Positions 20,204 through 37,253 of a stretch of DNA of 64,000 nt are shown here, one piece after another; position 1 is the first letter of the stretch; the number at the start of each line of letters is the position of its first letter. Both the position numbers and the translations under genes were made by a program. The stretch comes from the human T2T-CHM13v2.0 reference genome, Homo sapiens, in the NCBI RefSeq assembly GCF_009914755.1, contig NC_060936.1; one strand, written 5' to 3'. The notes beneath the pieces are model-generated. The model saw nothing but the letters and a program-made list of their open reading frames with translations, was not told the origin of the DNA and did not search any database.

Positions 20204-20679
20204 TAGCCAGGATGATCTCGATCTCCTGACCTCGTGATCCGCCCGCCTCGGCCTCCCAAAGTGCTGGGATTACAGGCATGAGCCACTACGCCCGGCCAAT
20301 AAAGGATATTAAGCAGGAGAGGGACATGCACTCAAGGATGGAATCAGCTCAGTGCTTCAAGGAAACATGAAAGGCGCCACGCCCACCCATTAATGGAGTC
20401 TCCCGTTTCCTTTTTTTGAGACAGGCAGTCGTTCTGTCGCCCACGGTAAAGGACAATGATGCGATCACGGCTCACTGCAGCCTCGACCTCCTGGGTTCAA
20501 GCGATCCTCCTGCCTCAGCCTCCCGAGTAGCTGGGACCGCAGGCACGCACCATCACGCCCGGCTAATTGTTTAATTTTTACTTTTCGTAGAGGCAGGGTC
20601 TCCCTATGTTGCCCAGGTTGGTCTTGAACTCCTGGGCTCAAGCGATCCTCCCGCCTCGGCCTCCCAAAGGGCTCGTATT

Positions 20680-21800
20680 AGAGGCGTGAGCCACCGCGCC
20701 CGGCCCCGTTTTCAGGGGTTTCCCAAGGCCAGAAAGTGGACCCTCCTGATACACTTAACGGGGGGACCAATCTCAGATGCGGGGGCTAGCGCATAAAAAC
20801 CAGGAGGCTGGGTCCCTGAGCTGCAGCGAGAGAAAAAAACGTTCTTCTGGAAGGAGCCGAGAGGGAAGGATTCAGCCTAGCGATGTGACAGTCGCGCTGC
20901 CCCGCGACAGGTGCCTCAGGAAACCCTCGCCTGGGTCGTCCTCAGAGCCTCTGCCTTCTATGTCTCCAAGCCGCCGCTCGCCACATCCCCGCGGGACTTG
21001 ACGCCGGCACCCAGTGAACCCAACTTGCGCTCCGAAGTCTGCTCCGCTCCAGGACGCCCTCGCAGACCCCGGAGCCTCCGCTGGCGCCGGCGGCCGCTCC
21101 TTCCCGCCTGTTCCCACGTGCCCTGAGCCCCCGCTCCCAGACCGCCGCCGCTTTCTCCTCAGCCCCAGGCAGCTACCCGCCTCAACTCACGGGTTGTTAT
21201 TACTCATTGTAAGTAACAAGCTGCTGAGGAGCCGCACGTTGGAGTGCAGCCCCGCGGCCGCCATGTCCCGCACGTGGTCTATCACATTCATCCTGCTCTG
21301 CAAAGCCGCGGGCAGCGGCGGCAGCACTGACTCGAAAAGCCGGTAGAGGATCCTTAGGGAAGACTCCAAAATGGCGGCGTCGCCGGGGTCCATCGGGTCC
21401 ACACGCGGCACCACCCCCAAGCAAGAGGTAACTACTGAAGTGCCCGAATAAAAAGAAACTCGAGTCCCTGCTCCTGTCGTGGTCCTTTTCAGGTGAAATG
21501 AGTTGTTATTTTTACGCAAAAATCACGTTATCATCCTAAACTGCAAACTTTACTGAGGATTTACAATGAGACAAAAGGCACCTTATAAGACTACTCGGTC
21601 AATTTGAATGAGTCTGAGAGGAATTTGTGCCTCTCAGAAATTAAAATGTGTGGGTATTTACCGAAATAAAATACAGTAAGGTGAGGAAAAACGCTCCAAC
21701 TGGAATTAAATATTCTAATCGGGCGCCAGGGACAGACCTAACGGCCTTTACAGTGGCGCATGCGCACCAGGCTAGGGCCGCCGCGCCCCTCCTCAGGTGT
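20680..21800. promoter_or_regulatory. ANAPC7 CpG island / promoter with YY1, NRF1 and E-box motifs
   Basis: CpG-rich around exon 1; AAAATGGCGGC (YY1) at 21368-21378; GCGCATGCGC (NRF1) at 21756-21765; CACGTG at 21115-21120 and 21271-21276. Confidence 0.85.
21191..21393 (-). CDS. ANAPC7: ANAPC7 exon 1 coding part (upstream ATG at 21393, MDPGDAA...; second in-frame ATG at 21291, MNVIDHVRD...)
   Basis: MNVIDHVRDMAAAGLHSNVRLLSSLLLTMSNNNP matches the APC7 N-terminus as recalled; GTGAGT donor at 21190; phase 2 joins exon 2 as CC|T. Confidence 0.93.
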
Positions 21801-22641
21801 TTTGTGTTCCTGCCAAGTCAGGCTTCGGCCCTGGGGGAACTCCTTGGTTCGAGGGGTATATTTCCCCATGTAAAATTATTCCCTAGATCCGTGGAAATAA
21901 AGGCTGGATCCAGGAATTAGCTGATACCCATATAAACCAGTATGTGTCTGGCACACTTAACGTTTTAGGAAAGTTTTACACAAGTTATTGGGACGCTCAC
22001 AACAATCCATAAAGTTGAAGTTGTCATTCCCTTCCCACAAGGGAAGAAACTGCCTGCTTAAATTTTGTGCTCAGGTTGTTAAATGGTTGACTTGGAATCA
22101 GATCGACTGGTTAATTATGTTGGATCGCAAACTCAAATGTATACAGGGACCAGGGAGGTAACTGAGCCAATGAGGCAGTTTAGGTCGTTGAGTCAGAGTC
22201 CGAATATTCTCCACAGTCATCCTCTCAGATCTAGCCTATCGCTCCTTTCTTAAAGGAGACAGTCGTTTTGGTCTAGATTTTGTTTTCATTTGATTTTTAC
22301 AGTAGTAGATGCAAAAAAAATGCTCTGAAAAAATCACAGTGTATCTTCATCAGCAACTTTTTCAGCTCTTAACATTTTGTCACAGTTGAAGCTCCTGTAG
22401 ATCCTTTTCCCATCTCATCCCCTACTCTAGTTTCCTGGATGTGTGAGACCTTCTATTTGATTTTGGTGGGCATCATCACTGTGAACTTTTCTTTTTTCTT
22501 TTTTTCGAGACGGAGTTTTGCTCTTGTCGCCCAGGCTGGAGTGCAAAATCTCAGCTCACTGCAACCTCTGTCACCCGGGTTCAAGGAATTCTCCCTGCCT
22601 CAGCTTCCCGAGTAGCTGGGATTACAGGCGCCTGCCACCAC

Positions 22642-23124
22642 TGTCATGTGCGTCCGTGTGAAGAGACCACCAAACAGGCTTTGTGTGAGCAACAAGGCTG
22701 TTTGTTTCACCTGGGTGCAGGCAGGATGGTAGCAGCACGAGCCATAGGCAAAACTCCTCAGACACCAAGTTAAAGAAGGAAGGAGTATATTCGGCTGGGA
22801 GCATCAGCAAGGCTCCTGTCTCAAGAGCCGAGCTCCCCGAGTGAGCAATTCCTGTCCCTTTTAAGGGCTCACAATTCTAAGGGGGTCCGCGTGAGAGAGT
22901 CGTGATCGATTGAGTAAGCAGGGGGTACATGACATGCACCGGTGGTCAGAGTGAAACAGACCGGGAAGTTTCACAATGTCTTTCTATAATCTGTAGATAA
23001 CATCAGTTGCTAGGTCAGGGGTCAGTTAAGGCAGGAACCGGCCCTTTTCACTTCTTTTGTGATTCTTCAGTTACTTCAGGCCATCTGGATGTACACATGC
23101 AGGCTTGGGTTCAGAGGCCTGACA
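22642..23124 (-). mobile_element. 3' LTR, chimeric LTR7/LTR2/LTR7 (483 bp)
   Basis: 23124-23022 and 22726-22642 align to the 5' LTR (about 10 mismatches in ~187 bp); the central 23023-22728 is unrelated to the 5' LTR and matches the LTR2-family 3' half as recalled. Confidence 0.85.
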
Positions 23125-26100
23125 TTCCTGTCTTCTTACGTTAACAAGAAGAATAAAACGAAATAGTCGTAAAGTGTTGCGGCAGCGAAAATTTTTGGGG
23201 GTGGTATGGAGAGATAATGGGCGATGTTTTTCAGGGCTGCTTCAAGTGGGATTGGGGGTGGTGTGTGGGAATCTAGAGTGGGAGAGATTAAGCTGAAAGA
23301 AGATTTTGTGGTAAGGGACGATATTGTGGGGTTGTTAAAAGGAGCATTTGTCGTATAGAATGATTGGTGATGGCCTGGATGCAGTTTTGTATGAATTGAG
23401 AAACTAAATGAAAGACACAAGGTCTGAATTAAGAGAAGGAGAAAAACAGGTATTAAATAACTAAGAATTGGGAGGACCCAGGACATCCAATTAGAGAGTG
23501 CTCAAGGGGGTTCAGCATAATTACCTGCTTGGTTGGTGAGTTTTGGGGCTCTATCCTTGACAGAGTCCTTTTTAAGTTGGAGGCTGAGCTTGGTGAGGTG
23601 TGTTTTTAAAAGACCATTAGTCCATTCTACCTTTCCTGAAGATTGAGGACAATAAGGGGTATGAAGTTTTCACTGAATACCAAGAGCCTGAGAAACTGCT
23701 TCGGTGATTTGACTAGTAAAGGCCGGTCCGTTATCGGACTGTATAGAGATGGGAAGGCCAAACCGAGGAATTATGTCTGACAGAAGGGAAGAAATGATTG
23801 CGGTGGCCTTCTCAGACCCTGTGGGAAAGGCCTCTACCCATCCAGTGAAAGTGTCTACCCAGACCAAGAGGTTTTTTTGTTTCCTGACTTGGGGCATGTG
23901 AGTAAGGTCAATTTGCCAGTCCTGGGCAGGGGCAAATCCCCGAGCTTGATGTGTAGGGAAGGGAGGGGGCCTGAACAATCCCTGAGGAGTAGTAGAATAG
24001 CAGATGGAACACTGAGAAGTGATTTCCTTGAGGATAGATTTCCTCAATGGAAAGGAAATGAGAGGTTCTAAGAGGAGGGCTAGCAGCTTGTAACCTACAT
24101 GGAAGAGGTTATGAAATGACGACAGAATAGAATGGGCCTGTGAGGCTGGAAGAAGATATTTTCTTTGGTCCAAGAACCATTTGTCTTGTGTGGGAAGAGA
24201 TTGATAGGTAGAAGTTTCAGTGGGGGAGTAGGTGAGAGTGACCAGATGAGAAGGAGAAAAATTGGCCGTGAGGGACAGAAGTTGGAAGGCTAAGCTGCTT
24301 CTTTAGCTACCTTGTCAGCGTAAGCGTTGCCCTGAGCGATGGGATCTGATGCCTTTTGATGGCCCTTGCAGTGAATGACTCCAGCTTCCTTTGGAAGTAA
24401 AGCGGCCTTGAAAAGAGTTTTTATTAAAGAGGCATTCATGATAGAGGACCCTTGAGTAGTAAGGAAACCTCTTTCAGCCCATATAACAGCATGGTGGTGT
24501 AGGATATGGAAGGCATATTTAGAGTCAGTATAAATATTGATGCGTAGTCCCTTTGCAAGAGTGAGGGCCTGAGTTAAGGCAATTGGTTCGGCTTGCTGAG
24601 AGGTAGTGCAGGGGGTCAGAGCAGTAGCCTCAATGATAGATGTGGAAGATACTATAGCATAGCCTGCCTTTGCTGGTGAGTGGCAATTAGGCCTGGTGGA
24701 ACTGCCATCAATAAACCAAGTGTGATCAGGGTGAGGAACAGGAAAGAAGGAAATATGGGGAAATGGAGTGAATGTCAGCTGGATCAGAGAGATACAGTGA
24801 TGTGGGTCAGGTGTGGTATCCGGAATAATGTGGGGGCTAGCCTAAAACAGTGAGGTCAAGTTGTTTGGACAGAAAGGCTACAGGGTGCGGTCCCAGCTCT
24901 TGTGCAAGAATTTTGACCACACAGCCCTGTACTTTGGCTGTGTGTAATGAAAAGGGTTGGGATGAGTTAGGGAGAGCTAGTGTGGGAGCAGCTTCTAGGG
25001 CTGTTTTTAAGGAACAGAAAGAGGAGTGGTGAAAAAATTTAGGATCTATGGAGTCAGCTAGGTTTGCTTTTGTGAGTTTATGTAACGTTTTAGTCAGGAT
25101 GGTAAAACTAGGTATCCAAAAGTGGAAGTACCTAACAATGCATAGGAAGGAAAGGAGTTGTTGTTTTGTAGAAGGGATTGGGGTTTGGGAGATTAGCTGG
25201 ACACAATCAGCAGGGAGAGCATGTGTGTTTTCACAAAGAGTTATGCCAAGATAGGTAATGGATGAGGAAGAAATTTGGGCTTGACTAAAGTAATGGGAGC
25301 TGTCTGTGAAGCCTTGCGGCAGTACAGCCCAGGTAGTTTGCTGAGCCTAATGGGTGTCAGGGTCAGTCCAAGTGAAAGTGAAGAGAGACTGTGATGAAGT
25401 GTGCAAAGGAATAGTAAAGAAAGCATGTTTGAGATCCAGAACAGAATAATGGGTTATGGAGGGGTTGTGGAGGGAGGTATTGAGGATAGAAGAGTATATG
25501 GCTTTGGCACCATGGGTTGAATAGGCAAGACAATTTGGTTGATAAGGCACAGATCCTGAACTAACCTGTAAGACTTGTCTGGTTTTTGGACAGGTAAAAT
25601 GGGGGAATTGTAAGGAGAGTTTATAGGCTTTAAAAGGCCATGCTGTAACAGGCAAGTGATAACGGGCTTTAATCCTTTTAAAGCATGGCGGGCTAAGGGT
25701 GATTAGGTTTTAATGGGATGGTAAGGGGTGCATGATTGGTCTCCAAGGAGGGAGTAGAGGTATCATATACTCGTGGATTAGGGTGGGGAGATACAAGGGG
25801 AGGATGTGAAGGAGTCTTTGAACTGGGGAAAAGGGCAGTAATGAGGTGTGGCTGTAGCCTAGGAATAATCAGGGAAGCAGATAATTTAGTTAAAATGTCT
25901 CAACCTAATAAGGGAGCTGGTCAGGTGGGGATAACTAAAAAAGAGTGCATAAAAGAATGTTGTCCAAGTTGGCATCAGAGTTGGGAAGTTTTAAGAGGTT
26001 TAGAAGCCTGGCCGTCAATATCCACAACAGTTATGGAGGCAAGGGAAACATGCCCTTGAAAAGAAGGTAATGTGGAGTGGGTAGCCTCCGTATTGATTAA

Positions 26101-26409
26101 GAAGGGGACGGACTTACCTTCCACTGTAAGAGTTACCCAAAGCGTCTGTGATGGTCCTGTAGGCTTCCGAGGTGATCGGGCAGTGTCAGTCTTCAGCCAC
26201 TAAGCAGAGAAGATCTGGGAAGGAGTCAGTCAGAGAGCCTTGGGCCAGAGTTCCAGGGGGTCTGGGAGTGGCTGCTGGGTTGGACAGTCCAATTGCCAGT
26301 GGGGTCCCGCACAGATGGGACGTAGCTTAGGAGGAATCCTGGGCTGCGGGCATTCCTTGGCCCAGTGGCCAGATTTCCAGCACTTGAAGCAAGATCCTGG
26401 GGTAGGTGG

Positions 26410-26797
26410 TGTCAAGCCTCTGAGCCCAAGCTAAGCCATCATATCCCCTGTGGCCTGCACGTACATATCCAGATGGCCTGAAGCAATTGAAGATCCACAA
26501 AAGAGGTAAAAATAGACTTAACTGATAACGATACACCATTGTGATTTGTTCCTGCCCCACCCTAACTGATATGATATAGTCTACCCTGCCCTTAAGAAGG
26601 TACTTTGTAATATTCTCCCCCTCCCTTAAGAATATACTTTGTATGCCTATCCCAAACCTATAAGAACTAATGATAATCCCACCACCCTTAGCTGACTCTC
26701 TTTTCGGACTCAGCCTGCCTGCACCCAGGTGAAATAAACAGACTTATTGATCACACAAAGCCTGTTTGGTGGTCTCTTCACATGGACGTGCATGACA
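26410..26797 (+). mobile_element. Solo LTR7 (LTR7B/type II-like, 388 bp) inserted antisense in the provirus gag
   Basis: TGTCAAGCCTCTGAGCCCAAGCTAAGCC...CATGACA; two CCCTTAAGAAnnTACTTTGTA repeats; TSD GGTGG/GGCAG. Confidence 0.9.
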
Positions 26798-28364
26798 GGC
26801 AGTCCTGGAGGAATGCCTGGCCTCTGCGGTTCAGGCGTTTGGAAGTTCTTGTGTACTGGAGATGTGGCTGGGGTTTGTCTCACGGTGGAGGCAAGGAATT
26901 GCAACTCAGAAATACATTGCTACTTGGCTGCCTCTACTTTATTATTGTACACCTTGAAGGTGACGTTAATTAAGTCCTGTTGTGGGGTTTGAGGGCCACA
27001 GTCTAATTTCTGGAGCTTTTTTTTAATGTCGGGAGTGGGTTGGGTAATAAAATGTTTATTGAGAATAAGACAGCCTTCTGGCCCTTCTGGGTCTAGGATG
27101 GTAAAGTGTCTAAGGGTTGTTGCCAAACGGGCCATGGACTGGGCTGGGTTTTTATATTTGATGAAAAAGAGCCTAAACACTAACTGATTTGGGAAAGGTT
27201 GGATAAAGAAATAGGAGCATTAACCTTGACTATGCCTTTAGCTCCAGCTACCTTTTTAAGAGGAAATTGTTGGGCAGGTTGGGGAGGGCTAGTTGTGGAA
27301 TGAAACTGCAAGCCGGACCGGGTGTGAGGAGGGGAGGTGATAAAAGGATTATAGGGTGGGGGAGCGGAGGCTGAGGAAGAATTGGGACCTGGCTCGGCCT
27401 GGCGAGGAGCAGCCTGGGGAGGAGAGGTCAGATGGGTCTGTAGAAAAGGAAGATTCAAAAGACTCAGCAATGCTTGGGGTTGGGACTGAAGGGACAGGCG
27501 AGAGGGAAAGAAGGAGGATTTGGGATGAGTCGCATTGGGAACAGAGACTAGGGAGGGACCGATGTGTAAAAGAACGCCTGGACGTCAGGCACCTCAGACC
27601 ATTTGTCCATTTTTCGACAAAAATCATCCAGGTCTTGTAAAACGGAGAAATCAAAAATGCCATTTTCTGGCTATTTAGAACCATTATAAAGTTTGTATTG
27701 GGGCCAAGTGGTGTTGCAGAAGAAAATAAGATGCTTAGGTTTTAGGTCAGGTGAGAGTTGAAGAGATTTTAAGTTTTTAAGAACACAGGCTAAAGGAGAA
27801 GATGGGGGAATGGAGGGCAGAAGTTTGCTCATAGTGAAGGAGGTAAGTTTAAAGAGAAAGGTAGAGACATGGAGAAGGGGGTGGTGAGCAGCCAAAGCAG
27901 GCGTCTCCACAACTGACTTGCCACCAAGGGAATGTGGGTGAATGACCAAGCAGGCGTCCCCGCAGTGATCAGACACCAATGGACTGTGGGTGAATAATCA
28001 GGCAGGCATCCCCACAGTGATTAAACACCAAGGGAAGACTGTCTTCCCGAGTCCATGTCCGGCGCCAGAGTTTTGGGTCCATGGATAAAATGTGTCTCCT
28101 TTGTCTCTACTAGAGAGGAAAAAGAACTGGAATTGGAAGGACAGGGAGATTGAAGGGTAGCAAGGGAGGGAGATTGAAGGGTAGCAAGAGAGGCTGGAGA
28201 AGAGAGTGAAAAGACCGTTTACCCGATTTGAAATTCATGAGATGTTCTTTGGGCTGGTTGGTCTGAGGACCCGAGGTCATAAGTGGATCTCCTCATGGAG
28301 TGAGGGTGAGGACAGGGGACCGGTCTCCCAAAGGAGTCCTCTTGTCCCGGGTTTCAGCACCAAA

Positions 28365-28937
<573 letters not shown>

Positions 28938-29159
28938 TAGGATCTCTGCTCACCACAACCTCCACCTCCCAGGTTCAAGCTATTCTGCCTCAGCCTCCCA
29001 AGTAGCTGGGATTAAAGGCATGCACCATCATGCCTGACTTATTTTTGTATTTTTAGTAGAGACAGGGTTTTGCTTTGTTGGCTAGTCTGGTCTTGAACTC
29101 TTGACCTCAGGTGATCTGCCAGCCTCGGCCTTCTAAAGTGCTAGGATTACAGGTGTTAG

Positions 29160-29505
<346 letters not shown>

Positions 29506-29756
29506 TAAATACTTTTTCTAAATATGTATATATCCAAAAACAATGTATAACATTGTCATCTTGATAAATGGCAATTGACATCACCACTCAGCACATGGGG
29601 AGGAGCAGGGAAGTTGTAACAAACTGGAGTATGCCCTCTCTACAGGGGCAGCTGCAACTTAATTTCAGTATATTAGTCCCAGGCAGCTGGGAATTTTCTG
29701 TATCATTTGACTTTTCAAAAGAATTCATAGTTATAAATCTGGATTTTAAAATTTGA

Positions 29757-30090
<334 letters not shown>

Positions 30091-30466
30091 TGAAAATAAC
30101 AAGAACTTTCTATGTATAGAAGACCAAAGCCTTGAAACATATTGTTTATACATTGGCGGAAGAATGGATACATTTTGCTACATTTATGCAAGGAACTGCT
30201 ATGCAGCATTTAAAACATAAGTGAACTCTAACACATGTATTAATGTTAACATGGATAAATGTAAAAAAGTATATTGAATGACTAAAGCAAGTTGTAGAAT
30301 TGTATCACTCTATGATACCATTTCAATAAAGTTTGAAAACATACAGGATGTTATACATTGTTTTTGGATACATACATATTTAGGAAAAGTATTTAAAAGT
30401 TCATGGTGAAGATGCCCACCAAAATCAAATTGAAGGTTACATCTAGAAAACGAGAATAGGGAATGA

Positions 30467-30667
<201 letters not shown>

Positions 30668-31053
30668 TGAGTAGCTGAGACTACAGGTGAGGGCCACCAT
30701 GCCCAGGTAATTTTTTGTATTTTTAGTAGAGATGGGGTTTCACTGTGTTAGCCAGGATGGTTTTGATCTGACCTCGAGATCCGCCCACCTCAGCCTCCCA
30801 AAGTTCTGGGATTACAGGCGTGAGCCACTGCACCCGGCTGATACAGGTATTCTTTACATTGTCCTTCATAAATGGCACTGGGGAGCCATTAAAAGCATAG
30901 AAATAGGCACTAGACTGCCTGGGTTTAAATCTCATTTTTGCCATTTATTATCTTAATTTAAATGTCACTTAATTTTCTGGAACCTTAGTCACCCCTTCTG
31001 TGAAACGGGGGAGATATAACAGCACCTATTTAATGGGATTGTTGTAAATATTA

Positions 31054-31810
<757 letters not shown>

Positions 31811-32306
31811 AGGCTATGTACGGTGGCTCAGGAGGCTGAGGCAGGAGGATCCCTGAGCCCAGGAGTTTGAGCCACTCTAAGCAACACAGGGAGATCCAAT
31901 CTGGAAAAAAAAAAAATAGGGCCGGGTGTGGTGGCTCACGCCTGTAATCCCAGCACTTTGGGAGGCTGAGGCGGGCAGATCACGAAGTCAGCAGATGGAG
32001 ACCATCCTGGCCAACATGGTGAAACGCCGTCTCTACTAAAAATACAAAAATTAGCTGGGCGTGCCGGGCGGGGTTGCTCATGCCTATAATCCCAGCATTT
32101 TGGGAGGCCGAGGCGGGCGGATCACGAGGTCAGGAGATCGAGACCATTCTGGCTAACATGATGAAACCCCATCTCTACTAAAAATACAAAAAATTAGCCG
32201 GGCGTGGTGGTGGGCGCCTGTAGTCCCAGCTTCTTGGGAGGCTGAGGCAGAGCTTGCAGTGAGCCGAGATTGCGCCACTGCACTCCAGCCTGGGTGACAG
32301 AGCGAG

Positions 32307-32323
32307 ATATATATATATATATA

Positions 32324-32400
<77 letters not shown>
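32307..32400. repeat. (TA)n(TG)n(TA)n plus poly-T spacer between inverted Alus
   Basis: Direct reading. Confidence 0.9.
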
Positions 32401-32401
<1 letters not shown>

Positions 32402-32930
32402 AGACGGAGTCTCGCTCTGTCACCCAGGCTGGAGTGCAGTGGCGCGATTCTCCCGCCTCAGCCTCCTGAGTAGTTGGGATTACAGGCAGGTGCCACCACA
32501 CCCGGGTAATTTTTGTATTTTTAGTAGAGACGGAGTTTCACCATGTTGGTCAGGCTGGTCTCGAACTCCTGACCTCGTGATCCACCCGCCCTGGCCTCCC
32601 GAAGTGCTGGGATTACAGGCATGAGCCACCACGCCCGGCCATAAATATATTTATATGTGTATATACACACATATATATACAAATATTTAAATGTCATTTA
32701 AAAGCATTAATTTGTTACCTTTTTGTACCATAATATGAATTTGATTTTTTTTTTCTTTTGATACAGAATCTCACTCTGTCATCCTAGCTGGAGTGTAGTG
32801 GCATGATCTCAGCTCACTGAAACCTCCACCTCCTGGGCTCAAGTGATTCTCCCACCTCAGCCTCCTGAGTAGCTGGTATTACAGATGCACACCACCACGC
32901 CCAGCTAATTTTTTTTTTTTTTTTTTTTGA

Positions 32931-33035
<105 letters not shown>

Positions 33036-34284
33036 TGAGTAGCTGGGATTATGGCCTGCGCCACCACGCCCGGCTAATTTTGTATTTTTAGTAGAGACAG
33101 GGTTTCTCCATGTTGGTCAGGCTGGTCTTGAACTCCTGACCTTGTGATCCACCCACCTTGGCCTGCCAAAGTGCTGGGATTACAGGCGTGAGCCACCACG
33201 TCCAGCCTACAGGCTAATTTTTATATTTTTAGTAGAGACAGGGTTTCACCATGTTGGCCAGGCTGGTATTGAACTCTGGACCTCAGGTGATCCACCAGCC
33301 TCGACCTCCCAAAGTGCTGGGATTACAGGCTAATTTTTTTTTTTTTTTGAGACACAGTCTCACTCTGTTGCCCAGGCTGGAGTGCAGTGGCACGACCTTG
33401 GCTCACTGCAAGCTCTGCCTCCCAGGTTCAAGCAATTCTCTGCTTCAGCCTCCCAAGTAGCTGGGATTACAGGCAACCGCCACCACGTCCGGCTAATTTT
33501 TGTATTTTTAGTAGAGACGGGGTTTCACCATCTTGGCCAAGCTGGTCTTGAACCCTTGACCTTGTGATCCACATGTCTCCGCCTCCCAAAGTTCTGGGAT
33601 TACAAGCGTGAGCCACCACGTCCAGCCTACAGGCTAACTTTTTATATTTTTAGTAGAGACAGGGTTTCACCATGTTGGCCAGGCTGGTATTGAACTCTGG
33701 ACCTCAGGTGATCCACCTGCCTCGACCTCCCAAAGTGCTGGGATTACAGGTGTGAGCCACCATGCCCAGCCATGAAATTCAATAAAGTAAAACTTTCACT
33801 GTTTCTTTTCTGGCTGTGATTATTAGTCACTTCATTTCAGAATTATTGCTGACTGTAATTTTGTTATAAAAGACAGAAAATATTAAAAAAATGAGCTGCT
33901 CTGAGGCCGGGTGTGGTGGCTCACACCTGTAATCCCAGCACTTTGGGAGGCTGAGGCGGGCGGATCAGGAGGTCAGGAGATCGAGACCAGCCTGGCTAAC
34001 ACAGTGAAACCTGATCTCTACAAAAAATACAAAAAATTAGCCGGGTGCGGTGGTGGGTGCCTGTAGTCCCAGCTACTCGAGAGGCAGAGGCAGGAGAATG
34101 GCGTGAACCTGGGAGGCGGAGCTTGCAGTGAGCCTAGATCGTGCCACTGCACTCCAGCCTGGGCAACAGAGCGAGACTCCGTCTCAAAAAAAAAAAAAAA
34201 AAAAAGCTGCTCTGCAGGTTGAACCAGCTAGGTGTACCACCATATCTAAGACACTTAGAACAACACCTAGCACACTGTGAGCAC

Positions 34285-35476
<1,192 letters not shown>

Positions 35477-35477
35477 G

Positions 35478-36514
<1,037 letters not shown>

Positions 36515-36586
36515 TAGCCATAGCATTTAGCAACATGAAAGTCACTGATGATGTCAACAAGAACATTTTCAGTGGCGCTTTGGTAA

Positions 36587-36832
<246 letters not shown>

Positions 36833-36924
36833 TAGTATTGAACACTTGACCTCAGGTAATCTGCCTGCCTTGGCCTCCCACAGTGCTGGGATTACAGGCA
36901 TGAGCCACCTTGCCCAGCCAATAA

Positions 36925-37161
<237 letters not shown>

Positions 37162-37253
37162 TGATCCGCCTGCCTCGGCCTCCCAAAGTGCTGGGATTAC
37201 AGGCATGAGCCACTGTGCCCGGCCAATTATTTTGAGGAGTTTTGCTGCAGAGA

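Noticed and set aside
23670-27979. HERV gag, RT and integrase ORF fragments as functional proteins
   Set aside because: Multiple stops, frameshifts, pol/env deletions and an LTR insertion in gag
27870-28190. Interspersed direct repeats (CAGGCGTCCCC...CACCAAGGGA; GGGAGATTGAAGGGTAGCAAG x2) superficially array-like
   Set aside because: Typical HERV-H leader repeats in a eukaryotic genome; no repeat-spacer regularity, not CRISPR
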